Shown: piece by piece, positions 43,438 through 53,756 of the stretch
Layout of the letters: each line of letters begins with the position of its first letter
Position numbering within the stretch: the first letter of the stretch is position 1
From: Epithemia pelagica
Taxonomy: Eukaryota; Protista; Bacillariophyta
Direction of reading: 5' to 3'
DNA length: 64,000 nucleotides
Assembly (NCBI GenBank): GCA_946965045.2
Contig: OX337239.1
Location: 1,302,001 to 1,366,000, forward strand
Notes under the pieces: model-generated
The model's database searches: none
Told to the model about the DNA's origin: nothing
The model's input: the letters and a program-made list of their open reading frames with translations, nothing else
Translations under genes and position numbers: made by a program

Positions 43438-45324
43438 TCAATCGGACCGGGCCCTCTTGCGGCGCTCTACTCCCCCTTGATCCTGCGGCGACACCAACGA
43501 TGATTGTCGTCCCTGATATTCGTCATCGTCATCTTCTCCACCAGGATGATGACTAGGACTTCGCTTCTTGGAGCTCTCATCCGATACTCGGGGAACAGCG
43601 GATGGTTGATCACTATCGACACTAATTGCCGCCAACTCTTGCGAGGCCAAACGACGTCGAATCTCTGGCGCGTTTTCCCGTAGCGCCTGGCATGCCTTTT
43701 CATACGCACGTTGGTCCCCCACATCTTCCCAAGCAAAATGCCCTGAGGGCCCCAAACCTGGACGCTTGGTGCGTTTCAGAAACCGACCACCTCGTTCTCG
43801 TACAATTCTAAACAAAGAGAAAAGCAGACGAGTTGTTGTGAGTCAAGTGTTGGGATCATCCAGGAGTACATGACTGAGCTCGTCATACCAAAGAGAACAG
43901 TAGGCGACGAACAAAGCAGCAATCATGATAACTTACTTGACAATTTGGGCAGCAATTTGTGGCTTGTCACTCCGGCGACTGGCAATGTAGGTGGGCTGAT
44001 ACTTGGCCACGAGCTCCTTGAAAAAATGATTGCCGGCATGATAAGTTGTGGGTGCCCCCCGTCCACAAAGAACATCAGCCTCGTGGAGTTCCAGAATCAA
44101 GTCGTCAGGTTGTTGTTGTTGCTGCTGCTGTTGTTCCTCTGTTGCACCGTGCTCTTCACCAGTAAGGTAGACATATTCGGGTGGTACGTGTCCGTGGGGT
44201 GGTCCTCCGCCCACTCCTACCGGTGCTGGTGGATGTGGAGGAGCACCGTGGTAGTGAGGATGTACCTCCTCGCGAGGAGCACCGTGGTAGTGAGGATGTA
44301 CCTCCTCGCCCACTGCCCTGGTTGCCATTTCGGGAGGAGACGGCGTACTGGTATCGTACGAGACTCGCTGCTGGGGAGGATCGTAGTGGTGGTGAGGGTG
44401 AGGTGGTGTAAAGGCGGCATCCTGAGTCGAGGTCCTGTAAATGCCTCCGACTGAAGACGGTGCATGGGACGGTGTAGGATAGTGGTACGGCGGTAGTGGC
44501 TGCATTGAATCATGTCCGTGTGCTGATGGAGTAGGATGGTGATGAGGATGGTGAGGATAAGGACCATGTGGTGGATGACCAGGAGTAGAGGCCCCATAAA
44601 AACCTTGACTTGTGGGAGCAGCCGGGTGAGGATGTTGTCCTCGTGGATGCTGTTGTGCATGTTGACCATGACCCTGTCCATAGGAAAAGGAAGGATCGGA
44701 GGGCGAATATGAATGAGGGTATGAATACTGTCGGTTGATCGATGACTGTGTCTCGGTCGGTCCTCCTCCTTGAGACTGTGCGGTCCGGAGAGGAGAGTAT
44801 GATCGAGGATGGTGGGGAATGGGAGAGTAGGACAGCTGCGCATGACCTTGACGTTGCGGATGCAGTTGATGTTGTGAAGTATGAGCAGCTGTAGTAGAAG
44901 AAGATGGCTGAGTATGAGTGGCGGCAAATTGCCCAACGGTAGGCATCGGATAGGGCTGTTGTCCTGGATACGAAGTGGAGGGATGAGGAGGCGGTGGTCC
45001 CCATTGCGGCGGTTGGAACTGCTGCGCCGAAGAATGAGGGTGGGCAGGAAAAGACTGAAAGGATGGACGGCGTCGGTGTGTATGTTGCCGTTGAGATGAC
45101 TCTTGGGTTGATGGCTCCCGTGGCTGTCCAGGATGGATTCGACGATGATGACGAGGATGTGTTTGTGGGTCTCCTTCTCCTCCTGCTGCTTCTCCTTGAG
45201 GAAAGTCGGATCGGGATCGAAACACGGTGGTTCGAATGGGAGTCGCTGATAACAAGCGCCTTCGGTCTCGGTCCTCTTCCCCTGGATGAGGTGCATTCGC
45301 GTGTCGTTCCCACTCGTCGCCCAT
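43438..45324 (-). CDS. DUF6824-domain protein with a His/Pro/Gln-rich N-terminus (exons 45324-43937, 43807-43438)
   Basis: DVLCGRG..HAGNHFFKELV..DKPQIAAQIVK|IVRERGGRFL..WEDVGDQRAYEKACQALRE. GTAAG..TAG intron. In-frame EEVHPHYHGAP duplication. Confidence 0.85.
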
Positions 45325-47874
45325 GTGAAGAGTCCTGTCGTCCGGTAATTCCAGATACGTTGCTTGCGGGTACTATTCCAGATCACTGAAATATTATGAT
45401 GATAATGAGACAAACACGAAAACGAGAGGATAGATGAAGGAGCATCCACCATGGATCCGTTGCCTCGGGTTGCAGTCTTGACAAAGCTCGTGCTCTTCGC
45501 AAAACATGACCAGCACCACTATCCCACGGGAGGCCAAAAACCGGAGAAGCCTCGCTGGATGTGATTGCCAAAACTGAAAAGTGATTGTCGTTTGGTTGTG
45601 GGTTGCTGCCAAACCAGAATGAGAAAGAACGACCCCTGGGTCAACACAACAATGTATAACAGTAGCGCCTCAACGAGAAAAGGGGAACTGCACGCAACGA
45701 CATGTTTTCTGGCTGGACCGTTCTCGAAGTGGCCGATTCACGAATCTCCACTTAGACAGAGGGCCGTTATCTGGGGGTTGAACGATGTAATGTAGACACC
45801 AAGCAATCTCCCCCAAGTCATAGACATTCTTAAGATGCGCACCTGCCGAGACTTGACAGTCGCCGGCCATCTATGCTACTCTAAACATTTGTATAGGCTA
45901 TACAAGAATTAAACCCTATGAAATATTCAGAAATTTCCATGGTTCAATTAAACCCGATTGGTCCCGAATTTACACTCTCCAGCATACCTGTCACATCTAA
46001 TATTAATAGATCTTCATTATTGTAAAATCATGAAAAATCTGGGGAGTCCCAAATTAGGCCGTCACCCCGAGACATTGCACGTGACAACTTTATAAGTAAC
46101 GGTAATTTTTGATAGGCCCTGTCACGCTCTCCCCCAGAGTAGACAGTTTCAAAATTATTTACAAATTTACAACCTTATAGGGCTCGTTGGGTTATATTTG
46201 TCCTCGTGCCATCTGCTTTTATCGATTGGGACGGATGGACGTTGGGCCCTCCGACCTCGGTTGGTGAGTCATGCTTGGATAGATAAGGATCCCATATCAT
46301 TCATTCATCGCCACATCTTTCGTGATTGTCGAAGGGAGAGGTGGAACGGCCGGGTTTGGTATTCACGCTTCATTCTTTCTGGATCGAGAGCAGCTCAATG
46401 GATTCCGCGGGAGACAGAATGTAGTGAGGTGGGACGATCAATCATGGCAATGAATCAGTGGGGGTGCTCCTTTCCTATTTGGACTACTCTAAAGGGGCCA
46501 TGTGAGTAGATCTCTAGACCTTTTGATTCGTTTGACGTGGATGTTACCATAACGGGTCACCATTACACCTAGCTGCGTCCATCCTCAAACAGGAATCAAT
46601 GGCCTTCGCTCCCCGCGGCGCCGATCGACAAAAATTAAGCGTTCACTCCAGTCTACTACCAAACTGCAAATATCGACTCGGTATCAACAATCTTCACCGC
46701 CATGGTTGTAGTTTCTTGTTTATTCATATCATTCATCCATGGTCGACTTCTACAACGCACGATTACCGTATTGAAAAGCCGCGTACATAGTGTCCTGATC
46801 CACGAACCAATCAACACAAAGTTTCGCGGGTTCTGGTAGTTGAGGTTCATGGTGGCACGTTGACTGATAGATGACAAACGTTTCCCCACGGAATCAACTT
46901 CGTGGGAAAAGAGGACAGTGATGTGGGATAACTTCACGCGGCTCTCATGTATTAGTCCTCTTTCATGGACCCATGAGACGTATTTTCAGACAAATGAAGT
47001 GAAGAGGGATGGGTAACCACCAACCACTGCGAAAACAAGGCGCGTGGATGAAGTCGATGTTTTGGAAAACATTGCGTTTTCTGTTTTGTGCGATGACTGG
47101 TTGATGCACCGTCCCTTCTTGGGACTTTTCCATGAAATTTTGGTACGGGCCCAGAACATTTGCGCGCACCATTTCTGAAGTGCTAGATTCGTAGCGTTGA
47201 GCAAAAATTATGCGACATGCAGATGAAGAAAATAGCATAATCAATTCTTAGCTTGTGGTTGACGACGACATTTCGAAAGACAAATCGAACGACCACAGAT
47301 TGATACACCAAATACCAAACAGCCAGTAGGAAGTAGGAGTATACTTTTCAAGAAGTTTTCAATACATTTTAACCTCCTAGAGGAGTCGTCCTAGTCAATG
47401 CAATACAAGATACAAGATCCCAAACTTGAAAACGACGAGAGCTCTCGACTCCAACAGGTGGGTTTCGAAAGCATCCAACCAATCGATTTTATAATGAACG
47501 AGTTAGGAGTTCTAGGTAGTTTGACGAGTGCCTGTTGTTCGAACTCGGGCGGACATACTAGGTAGCACGCAGCTACTCCTACAAGTTACAAGCTCCACAG
47601 AATCTGGCTAAGATGAATAACTTCGACCAATTCAGAGATCCGCGGGCAACATGAAAGAAGGGTTCTAACGATTTGTGGTGAGAACAAATTCACAGATTCT
47701 GAGAACTGAGCAGTCTTTCAAACCTTTTCTTCATCAATGCTGTAGTCCTTATACGAACATCGAAAGCAACCAAATTCTAGTTGTCCATCACCGTGGTTGG
47801 ATAGTCTCCCACTGCTTCTGTTTGAGAGTTGCGACAAAAAGTGGATAGCAAGATACGAAGGTTATTTTTCCACA

Positions 47875-50295
47875 TCAAACCTTCCTACTCTTCTTTTTCT
47901 TCTCGTGTTGTAGTGCAGAGGGTAACTCTGGGAGCTCCCGCATGCCAACACTATCGGCCCATTCTTGAGCGGCATCCAAAATCGTTTGTCGTGAGTATGC
48001 CTGTCCGATATAATAGGCTACAAACGCCTTGTAGGCTCCTTCTGCGAGTTCAACATGATGCGCGTTTTTCAAATACACAAGGTCTTGTTGTTGCTGTACT
48101 GACGGCGGAGATATCTTCCATTCGGTCATTCCCAAGTTCCATGTTTGCTTGCGGCGATGGTGGTGAGTTTTGCTTGTCTGTGTATCCGACTGCCGATGCG
48201 GTACTTCCCAGGGCAAGGCGACCAACAAGCCCTTTCCAAATTGTCCGGCACGAGCGGTACGTCCCAATCTATGCAAATATGAATCTCGATTGGGAGGCAA
48301 GCCATATTGAATGACCAGAGTCACATTCGGATAATCCATTCCTCGAGCCGATACATCCGATGTGAACAAGACATGATGATCCCTGGCCCGAGGATTTGGA
48401 TGTAACGTGCGTGACGCACCTTCTCGGAAACCCAGACTTGCGCGTTGTCGCTTCCCTTGAGACATGCGAGAATGGATGGTATGAATGACAAAGCAACTAT
48501 GAGGGTGAGGTTGCTCTTCCTCCACATGTCGATTTACAAGATGTGCCATGCAGTCCACAAGTTTGGCGGCCGGGAAAAATACCACAATTTTGGCTATTTG
48601 TTGTTCCTGTTCTTGTTGACATATTTCTTGTTTGAGCAAAGAGACTAGTGCCGAGACGTAGTCCTTCATACCTGGAAGCACATAACAAAATTCGTCGACA
48701 TTCTGATTGACAAGTGACGACTTGGTGTTGCGGTTGACTTGAGAGGTAGTTTTGCTATTCTTGATCGAACTTCTGGCCTTGTCAATACAATCCAAAGTTT
48801 CCATTCCGACAATTGGCTCCCCCACAATTTGCGACAAGCTTAATCCATCAAAGGGGCCCACACGATGAGGCCCCACACGCTTCGACTCTATGTGGTCCAC
48901 TCTTGATGTTTTTGCTGTCTTTTTATGTTCGTCATCACGTTCGTTTCCTGCTGCGGTATTGTTGTTTGGGAGTTGAGTGGCACATGTGCATACAGTTTGC
49001 CGTTTTCGTGGCATGGCTTGCAGGATACGCTCCAGTTGCGGACCCAAGGAAGAGTTGCACAACACGTCAACTTCATCTAACCACAACATGACCGACGAAG
49101 AAGAAAAGAGTCGCGGTCGCCAATGTCGTTGTTTCTGTTGTGTCTGGGGTCCATACAACAAATCTACCAAGCGACCCGGGGTGGCAATCCAAATGCGAGG
49201 CATTTGATAATTGTTGTTTTGGCTTGCTTGATGATGCGGTGATTGATTGAAGTGCCGCATGACCGAACGGGGCAAGGTACTTCCACCGTGAAGAGCTTGA
49301 ACCGACGAAGACAGTAACGAAGCACTTCGATGAAAGGTAAGTAAGTCTTGAGCTGTAGTTTCAATTTGCTGGACCAATTCTCTTGTGGGCGCTAGAACAA
49401 TCAAGGTACTCTGAGGATCCCCCAGTAGTCGTTCTATCAAGGGCACCAAAACAGCCAAGGTTTTGCCAGTACCCGTCTTGGATCGAATCCATAAGGACCA
49501 TCCTTGGCGAGCCCCTCCAAATGTAGAAGATTGGACCCAGGTCATTTGATTCACTCCACAAACGTCATTCAAGGCACTTAAAGTGGCCGGAGACAATGTC
49601 CCTACACCAATATTGTGCGACGACTTCTCTTGCTCATTTCGCTCCTCCTTTTTGACAACCGAGTCTATGGACATGTCATCGTGGTCAACAAGGGCCAAAT
49701 CGGAGTACGAAGAGTGGGCCATTAGAGTTGGATCTTGGCCAGGGGGTATCCAATTTGCAGGCTTTGAGGCAACACTCTGGGACACATCTTGCGAGGAATG
49801 GGGTGCAGCAGTAGAGCCAAATCGAAGTGGACGCCGCCGCCGACGACCACCAACCACTGGCTTGGGTGCATCGACCTCTGTCGTCATGTCAGGTTCCTCC
49901 TTTTGATCTTTCGGTCTGGTGTGAGAAGTCGCTCCAGCACACAGAGGTGGAAGCGGATCTTTCCTATTGCTCCACAGTCCATGCAACAGCACTCGTTGTT
50001 GGGAAGGGATCCTACTACTTCTACTGGGAGTGGCTGTCGGAGTGGTAGTAACAAAGGCAAGAACGTCTCGTCTATGCAGCATGTGACAAGGACCGGTGAC
50101 GGCCACCATACTTGTTCTTGCTGTTTTGGATACCAAATGTCCTCGGTCCCATCTACCACAGACGCCATCACTAGGAATGCTCCTCGCCACGAACAGTAGA
50201 TCAAGGTGCAGTACCAGTACTAACCACAGTGATGTCGCAGTCATCTTGCAACCAGGCGAGTTTTGCCCAGATGCAATTTTCCTCTGCATAAACAA
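47875..50295 (-). CDS. DEAD-box RNA helicase (MSS116/DDX18-like), probably organelle-targeted
   Basis: SKTGTGKT, APTRELV, ATPGRL, DEVD, HSRMSQ, SDVSARGMD, HRLGRTARAG. Hydrophobic N-terminus. Confidence 0.88.
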   Translation of the reverse strand: MFMQRKIASGQNSPGCKMTATSLWLVLVLHLDLLFVARSIPSDGVCGRWDRGHLVSKTARTSMVAVTGPCHMLHRRDVLAFVTTTPTATPSRSSRIPSQQRVLLHGLWSNRKDPLPPLCAGATSHTRPKDQKEEPDMTTEVDAPKPVVGGRRRRRPLRFGSTAAPHSSQDVSQSVASKPANWIPPGQDPTLMAHSSYSDLALVDHDDMSIDSVVKKEERNEQEKSSHNIGVGTLSPATLSALNDVCGVNQMTWVQSSTFGGARQGWSLWIRSKTGTGKTLAVLVPLIERLLGDPQSTLIVLAPTRELVQQIETTAQDLLTFHRSASLLSSSVQALHGGSTLPRSVMRHFNQSPHHQASQNNNYQMPRIWIATPGRLVDLLYGPQTQQKQRHWRPRLFSSSSVMLWLDEVDVLCNSSLGPQLERILQAMPRKRQTVCTCATQLPNNNTAAGNERDDEHKKTAKTSRVDHIESKRVGPHRVGPFDGLSLSQIVGEPIVGMETLDCIDKARSSIKNSKTTSQVNRNTKSSLVNQNVDEFCYVLPGMKDYVSALVSLLKQEICQQEQEQQIAKIVVFFPAAKLVDCMAHLVNRHVEEEQPHPHSCFVIHTIHSRMSQGKRQRASLGFREGASRTLHPNPRARDHHVLFTSDVSARGMDYPNVTLVIQYGLPPNRDSYLHRLGRTARAGQFGKGLLVALPWEVPHRQSDTQTSKTHHHRRKQTWNLGMTEWKISPPSVQQQQDLVYLKNAHHVELAEGAYKAFVAYYIGQAYSRQTILDAAQEWADSVGMRELPELPSALQHEKKKKSRKV

Positions 50296-51232
50296 ACAGG
50301 AAGAACGAAATCATAAAACGGTGAGAAGAGGACGATTGTGACAATACAAGTAGCTTGCATTTCGCACGCAACACCATCATACAAATGCCTCGTTCTTAAT
50401 CGTCATGTATTGACAAGCAACTGTGTGAATGAAACACGGTCCCTTTCAGACTCGTCATCTAACGTATGGAATCCTGTGGCGCGACGGATTGGTGCTGCCC
50501 ATCTGATTTTCTTACCGATTCAAGGGTCCTTTCCATCTACAAGGATCCAAAGAAGGGCTTCCGCTATTTGTTCTTGTTTGGTGCAAATCCAGAGCTCATT
50601 CGCGAGAACTAGGAACTCTGCCTGCAATCGCCTCCTTTCAATACTCCTGCAAGATTCCCATCCTTTGGGTTGCTTTTATTCTTCTAGGAGCCAGTCGAGC
50701 CTACCCTCGGACTTCCTCTCTGGGTTGATCGATCTGGCAGAATTGCCATGGCCATCCAAAGACTGTGGATGTGGACGGAAGGAGAGATGGGCGGACGGCG
50801 GACTGACGAAGGTTGCTACTCCTCTAGAATCTATGATGGCATATGGCATATGGCATAGGAGTAGTTTTACTATCTCCTCCCCTACTCTTTGTTGGTGTAG
50901 AAAGAAGACGGAAACTGACTCTCCTAAAGGTTCTAAAAGATCGATCGAAACCTGGAGATGGTTTTCTATCCTCTGTTCACGGCTCCATGCAAAAAGCACC
51001 GGTTGGCCCTTCCGTTTCGTCGGTTCTTGTTGCGATTCAACGTGATCGTGTTCTCGTACCAGTCCGTAGACTTAGGATGCTAATGTACAGCCATTGACGA
51101 AGGATGCATGCCTAAAAGCAACGTGGAAATTGCTTCTACTCAGCTGCTCGGGATTGGTATGAGACGCTAATTGATATGGTTCCTGCTATACTATATGTTT
51201 CAAACCTAGTTTGCGTGAATGTTCTTGTACCT

Positions 51233-52972
51233 TCAAAGATCAACATCATCGGCATCGTCCAAGTCTTCGACGCCGGACCAAAACGTCGACGGCTCTTGTG
51301 CCTGAACGGCAAAGGCGGGAGGATTCTCCTCTGGTTGTTGTGTTGGTACCGTGGATTCGTCCGTTTGTTCCTCGTTGCCCACTACCTGACGACTGCCTCG
51401 ACTGGCTGCCGCTGTTGTTTCTTGAACCTTGTGCCATACGGTACCGGCTACGGAAGCCGCTCGTTGTTTCAACACTTGTACACCAGCTTGAAGACGTTGT
51501 TTCGACGGCGAATGGGGTTGTGCTTCTTGTAGTTGTGCGCGACTGGCGTCAAGTGCTGAATCGCTGGTGGCAGTGGTCGGATCCATGGAATCGGGAGTGG
51601 ATTCTGCTTCCTGCTCTTGCTGTCTCTGTAGTGCTTGTGCTTCTTGTTCTTGTTTATATTTCAGAGTGTTGCGTTTGTGAATCTGTCGTAGTTCTTCCAC
51701 AGTGGTGGGACCGGCCATGAAATAATCGTATTCCATCCGTTCTTCGACAATTTCCATGACATAAGCAAAGTCAAAGACGGTGACTTGACGTTTTTGTGAC
51801 AATTCCACTACCACAATGGCCACCAAATCCATTGCCACTTCGTGACAGACGAGTAGGGCATGGGGATTGGCGAACATGCGCCAAAAGGGCTTTTGCGACA
51901 AGAGGGCATCCATCCGATCCACAGTTTTACTGAGCATGAGAAATTTAGCCATCATGTCCGTTATATTGATACAAGTCAAGGCCAGAGGCAACACACTGGC
52001 CTCACCTCCTGGAACAAAGCGAGCCACCGTCACTGGACAGGATTCCACCAAGTGCACCAGGAGTGCCAAACTCAAGATACCACCGGATCGGAAATCCGTC
52101 ACTGGATCATCCTGTTGAAAACCCAATCGAGTCACCCAATACGAATGGGGTACGGGTGCACGAAAGGGCTGTGGTCCTGAGGGTTGTGACTGAGACTGTG
52201 CCGCCTCGGTTTCATCCACATCCTTTTTCTCTTCATGAGGAGTGTCTCTAGGATGACCGGGTTGCCCTTGTTTGAGCGCAGCCGTACTATCCAGATCCGT
52301 GGCATCCTGTGCAGTGCTTGTAGTTGTACTGCCACCTTCAAATGCTGGTGCGTGTTTCGTCGTTTGTGATTCATGGTTGGGAGAATTGGGACCATTGTCC
52401 ATTAATAAATCAACAGTTTCTCCATAGGGTTTCAGAGCACCAGAGATCCACAATCGAGCCAACAAATTTTGATAACTAATTACCATTTTGCCCGTTTCTA
52501 CAATTTGATGGCGGTTGGTCCACCAGGGCATATCCAAAACGGCTTGTTGCGCTGGTGTTCCTTGATAGGGCCGACTCAGTGTCAATCCAGGACGACACGC
52601 CGTATGTAGCAATTGCCGATACATCAACACTTGACTGGCCACATGCTTGTCCGGCAAGGTATATTTGCGAACCGTCCATGATTGCACCGTTTGTTTCGTC
52701 GATTGCAACAAGGATCCTGCCCATTGGGAAGCAGCGCGTGAAATTTGTTGCGTAGATTTGGCATTGGTCTGATCCTCCGATTCAGCAAGTCCATTGCTGT
52801 TTGGTGGCGCCAAGCTATTGCTCGAACTTCGCCGCCAGGACGACGAAGACTGTCGTTTCATCGCAGCGGTGGTCGAGGATGCTAGACACAAGCTGCTGCT
52901 ATTGCTGCTTGCGGTGGTATCAACCAGGCCCGAACACTGCGTGACAGCTTGTTCCCAGACACTGGACAACAA
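51233..52972 (-). CDS. ELMO/CED-12 domain protein (true start uncertain)
   Basis: YWVTRLGFQQDDPVTDFRSGGILSL..LPLALTCINIT. The frame stays open upstream to a TAA at 53126-53128. Confidence 0.8.
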   Translation of the reverse strand: MLSSVWEQAVTQCSGLVDTTASSNSSSLCLASSTTAAMKRQSSSSWRRSSSNSLAPPNSNGLAESEDQTNAKSTQQISRAASQWAGSLLQSTKQTVQSWTVRKYTLPDKHVASQVLMYRQLLHTACRPGLTLSRPYQGTPAQQAVLDMPWWTNRHQIVETGKMVISYQNLLARLWISGALKPYGETVDLLMDNGPNSPNHESQTTKHAPAFEGGSTTTSTAQDATDLDSTAALKQGQPGHPRDTPHEEKKDVDETEAAQSQSQPSGPQPFRAPVPHSYWVTRLGFQQDDPVTDFRSGGILSLALLVHLVESCPVTVARFVPGGEASVLPLALTCINITDMMAKFLMLSKTVDRMDALLSQKPFWRMFANPHALLVCHEVAMDLVAIVVVELSQKRQVTVFDFAYVMEIVEERMEYDYFMAGPTTVEELRQIHKRNTLKYKQEQEAQALQRQQEQEAESTPDSMDPTTATSDSALDASRAQLQEAQPHSPSKQRLQAGVQVLKQRAASVAGTVWHKVQETTAAASRGSRQVVGNEEQTDESTVPTQQPEENPPAFAVQAQEPSTFWSGVEDLDDADDVDL

Positions 52973-53756
52973 CGAAGAGGAAGAAGAGGACGACGGGGGC
53001 GACGACGATACAACGGTGGTGGTGGAGGACGGAATTTTGGTTGTGGTTGTCGAAGTAGAAAGAACGGATGTTACAGTGTCGGTAGGATAAGATTTTCCTT
53101 CGACGCAGATAGCACTGATGGTATCTTAGAGCATTCTTTTGACAATATCGTCGATCGTCGTCCTTGTTCGACTCTTTGGAGTGTTCTTGATGCTTTCCAA
53201 CTTTTCCAACACAACTTGTCCGCTTGTTGGCAATTCGCGAAATGACACTTCGTTGCTGGTTTCTGGCCTGCTGGCTCGGCGCCTGCAATTCCTGCTTGCA
53301 GATGTAGCAAGCATGCCAGTCCCTGGCGAGCCATAATGCGCCAGCGTGTGCCATGTCCAACGCGCAGCGACTTAAGTCCGTAAAATCTATTGGTAGAGCC
53401 ATAGCTACCTAATGGTCTCCACCTCAAGCTCTCTATCTCTGTTGCCTTATCAACTTGGGACGAGAACGAGGGTCTCTAGAGGACCAGTTCCTTTCTTTTG
53501 TGCATATCGACCATTTGAGGTGCTTCTAGAGGTACAGTTTGTCAATGAAGGATCTGTTGGCAGTGGCCCTTTCTAGGAGTACGAAGATACGACCCAACAG
53601 CCAACAGCATCCCAGTTATGCGAGGCAATTTCGCGTCAAGAAGTTCCTTGCAACACTCTTCGGGTATAATTATCTTTTCTCTCTGCAATCACATGCGATC
53701 AAAACCTTGTGAGCGAGAAGAAACGTGAATATGATTTGGCTTTCAGTCATAGATCC

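Noticed and set aside
44217-45452. Long overlapping alternative-frame ORFs here and at 59988-61365
   Set aside because: By-products of low-complexity His/Pro/Gln coding sequence and GTT repeats.
46198-47300. Short ORFs in the 45.4-47.8 kb intergenic region
   Set aside because: No recognisable domain or consistent exon structure.
4743-53128. Alternative genetic code or stop reassignment explaining the several in-frame stops
   Set aside because: TAA, TAG and TGA all occur as internal stops, all three also end intact genes, and frameshifts accompany the stops in the relics. Ordinary pseudogenisation fits better.
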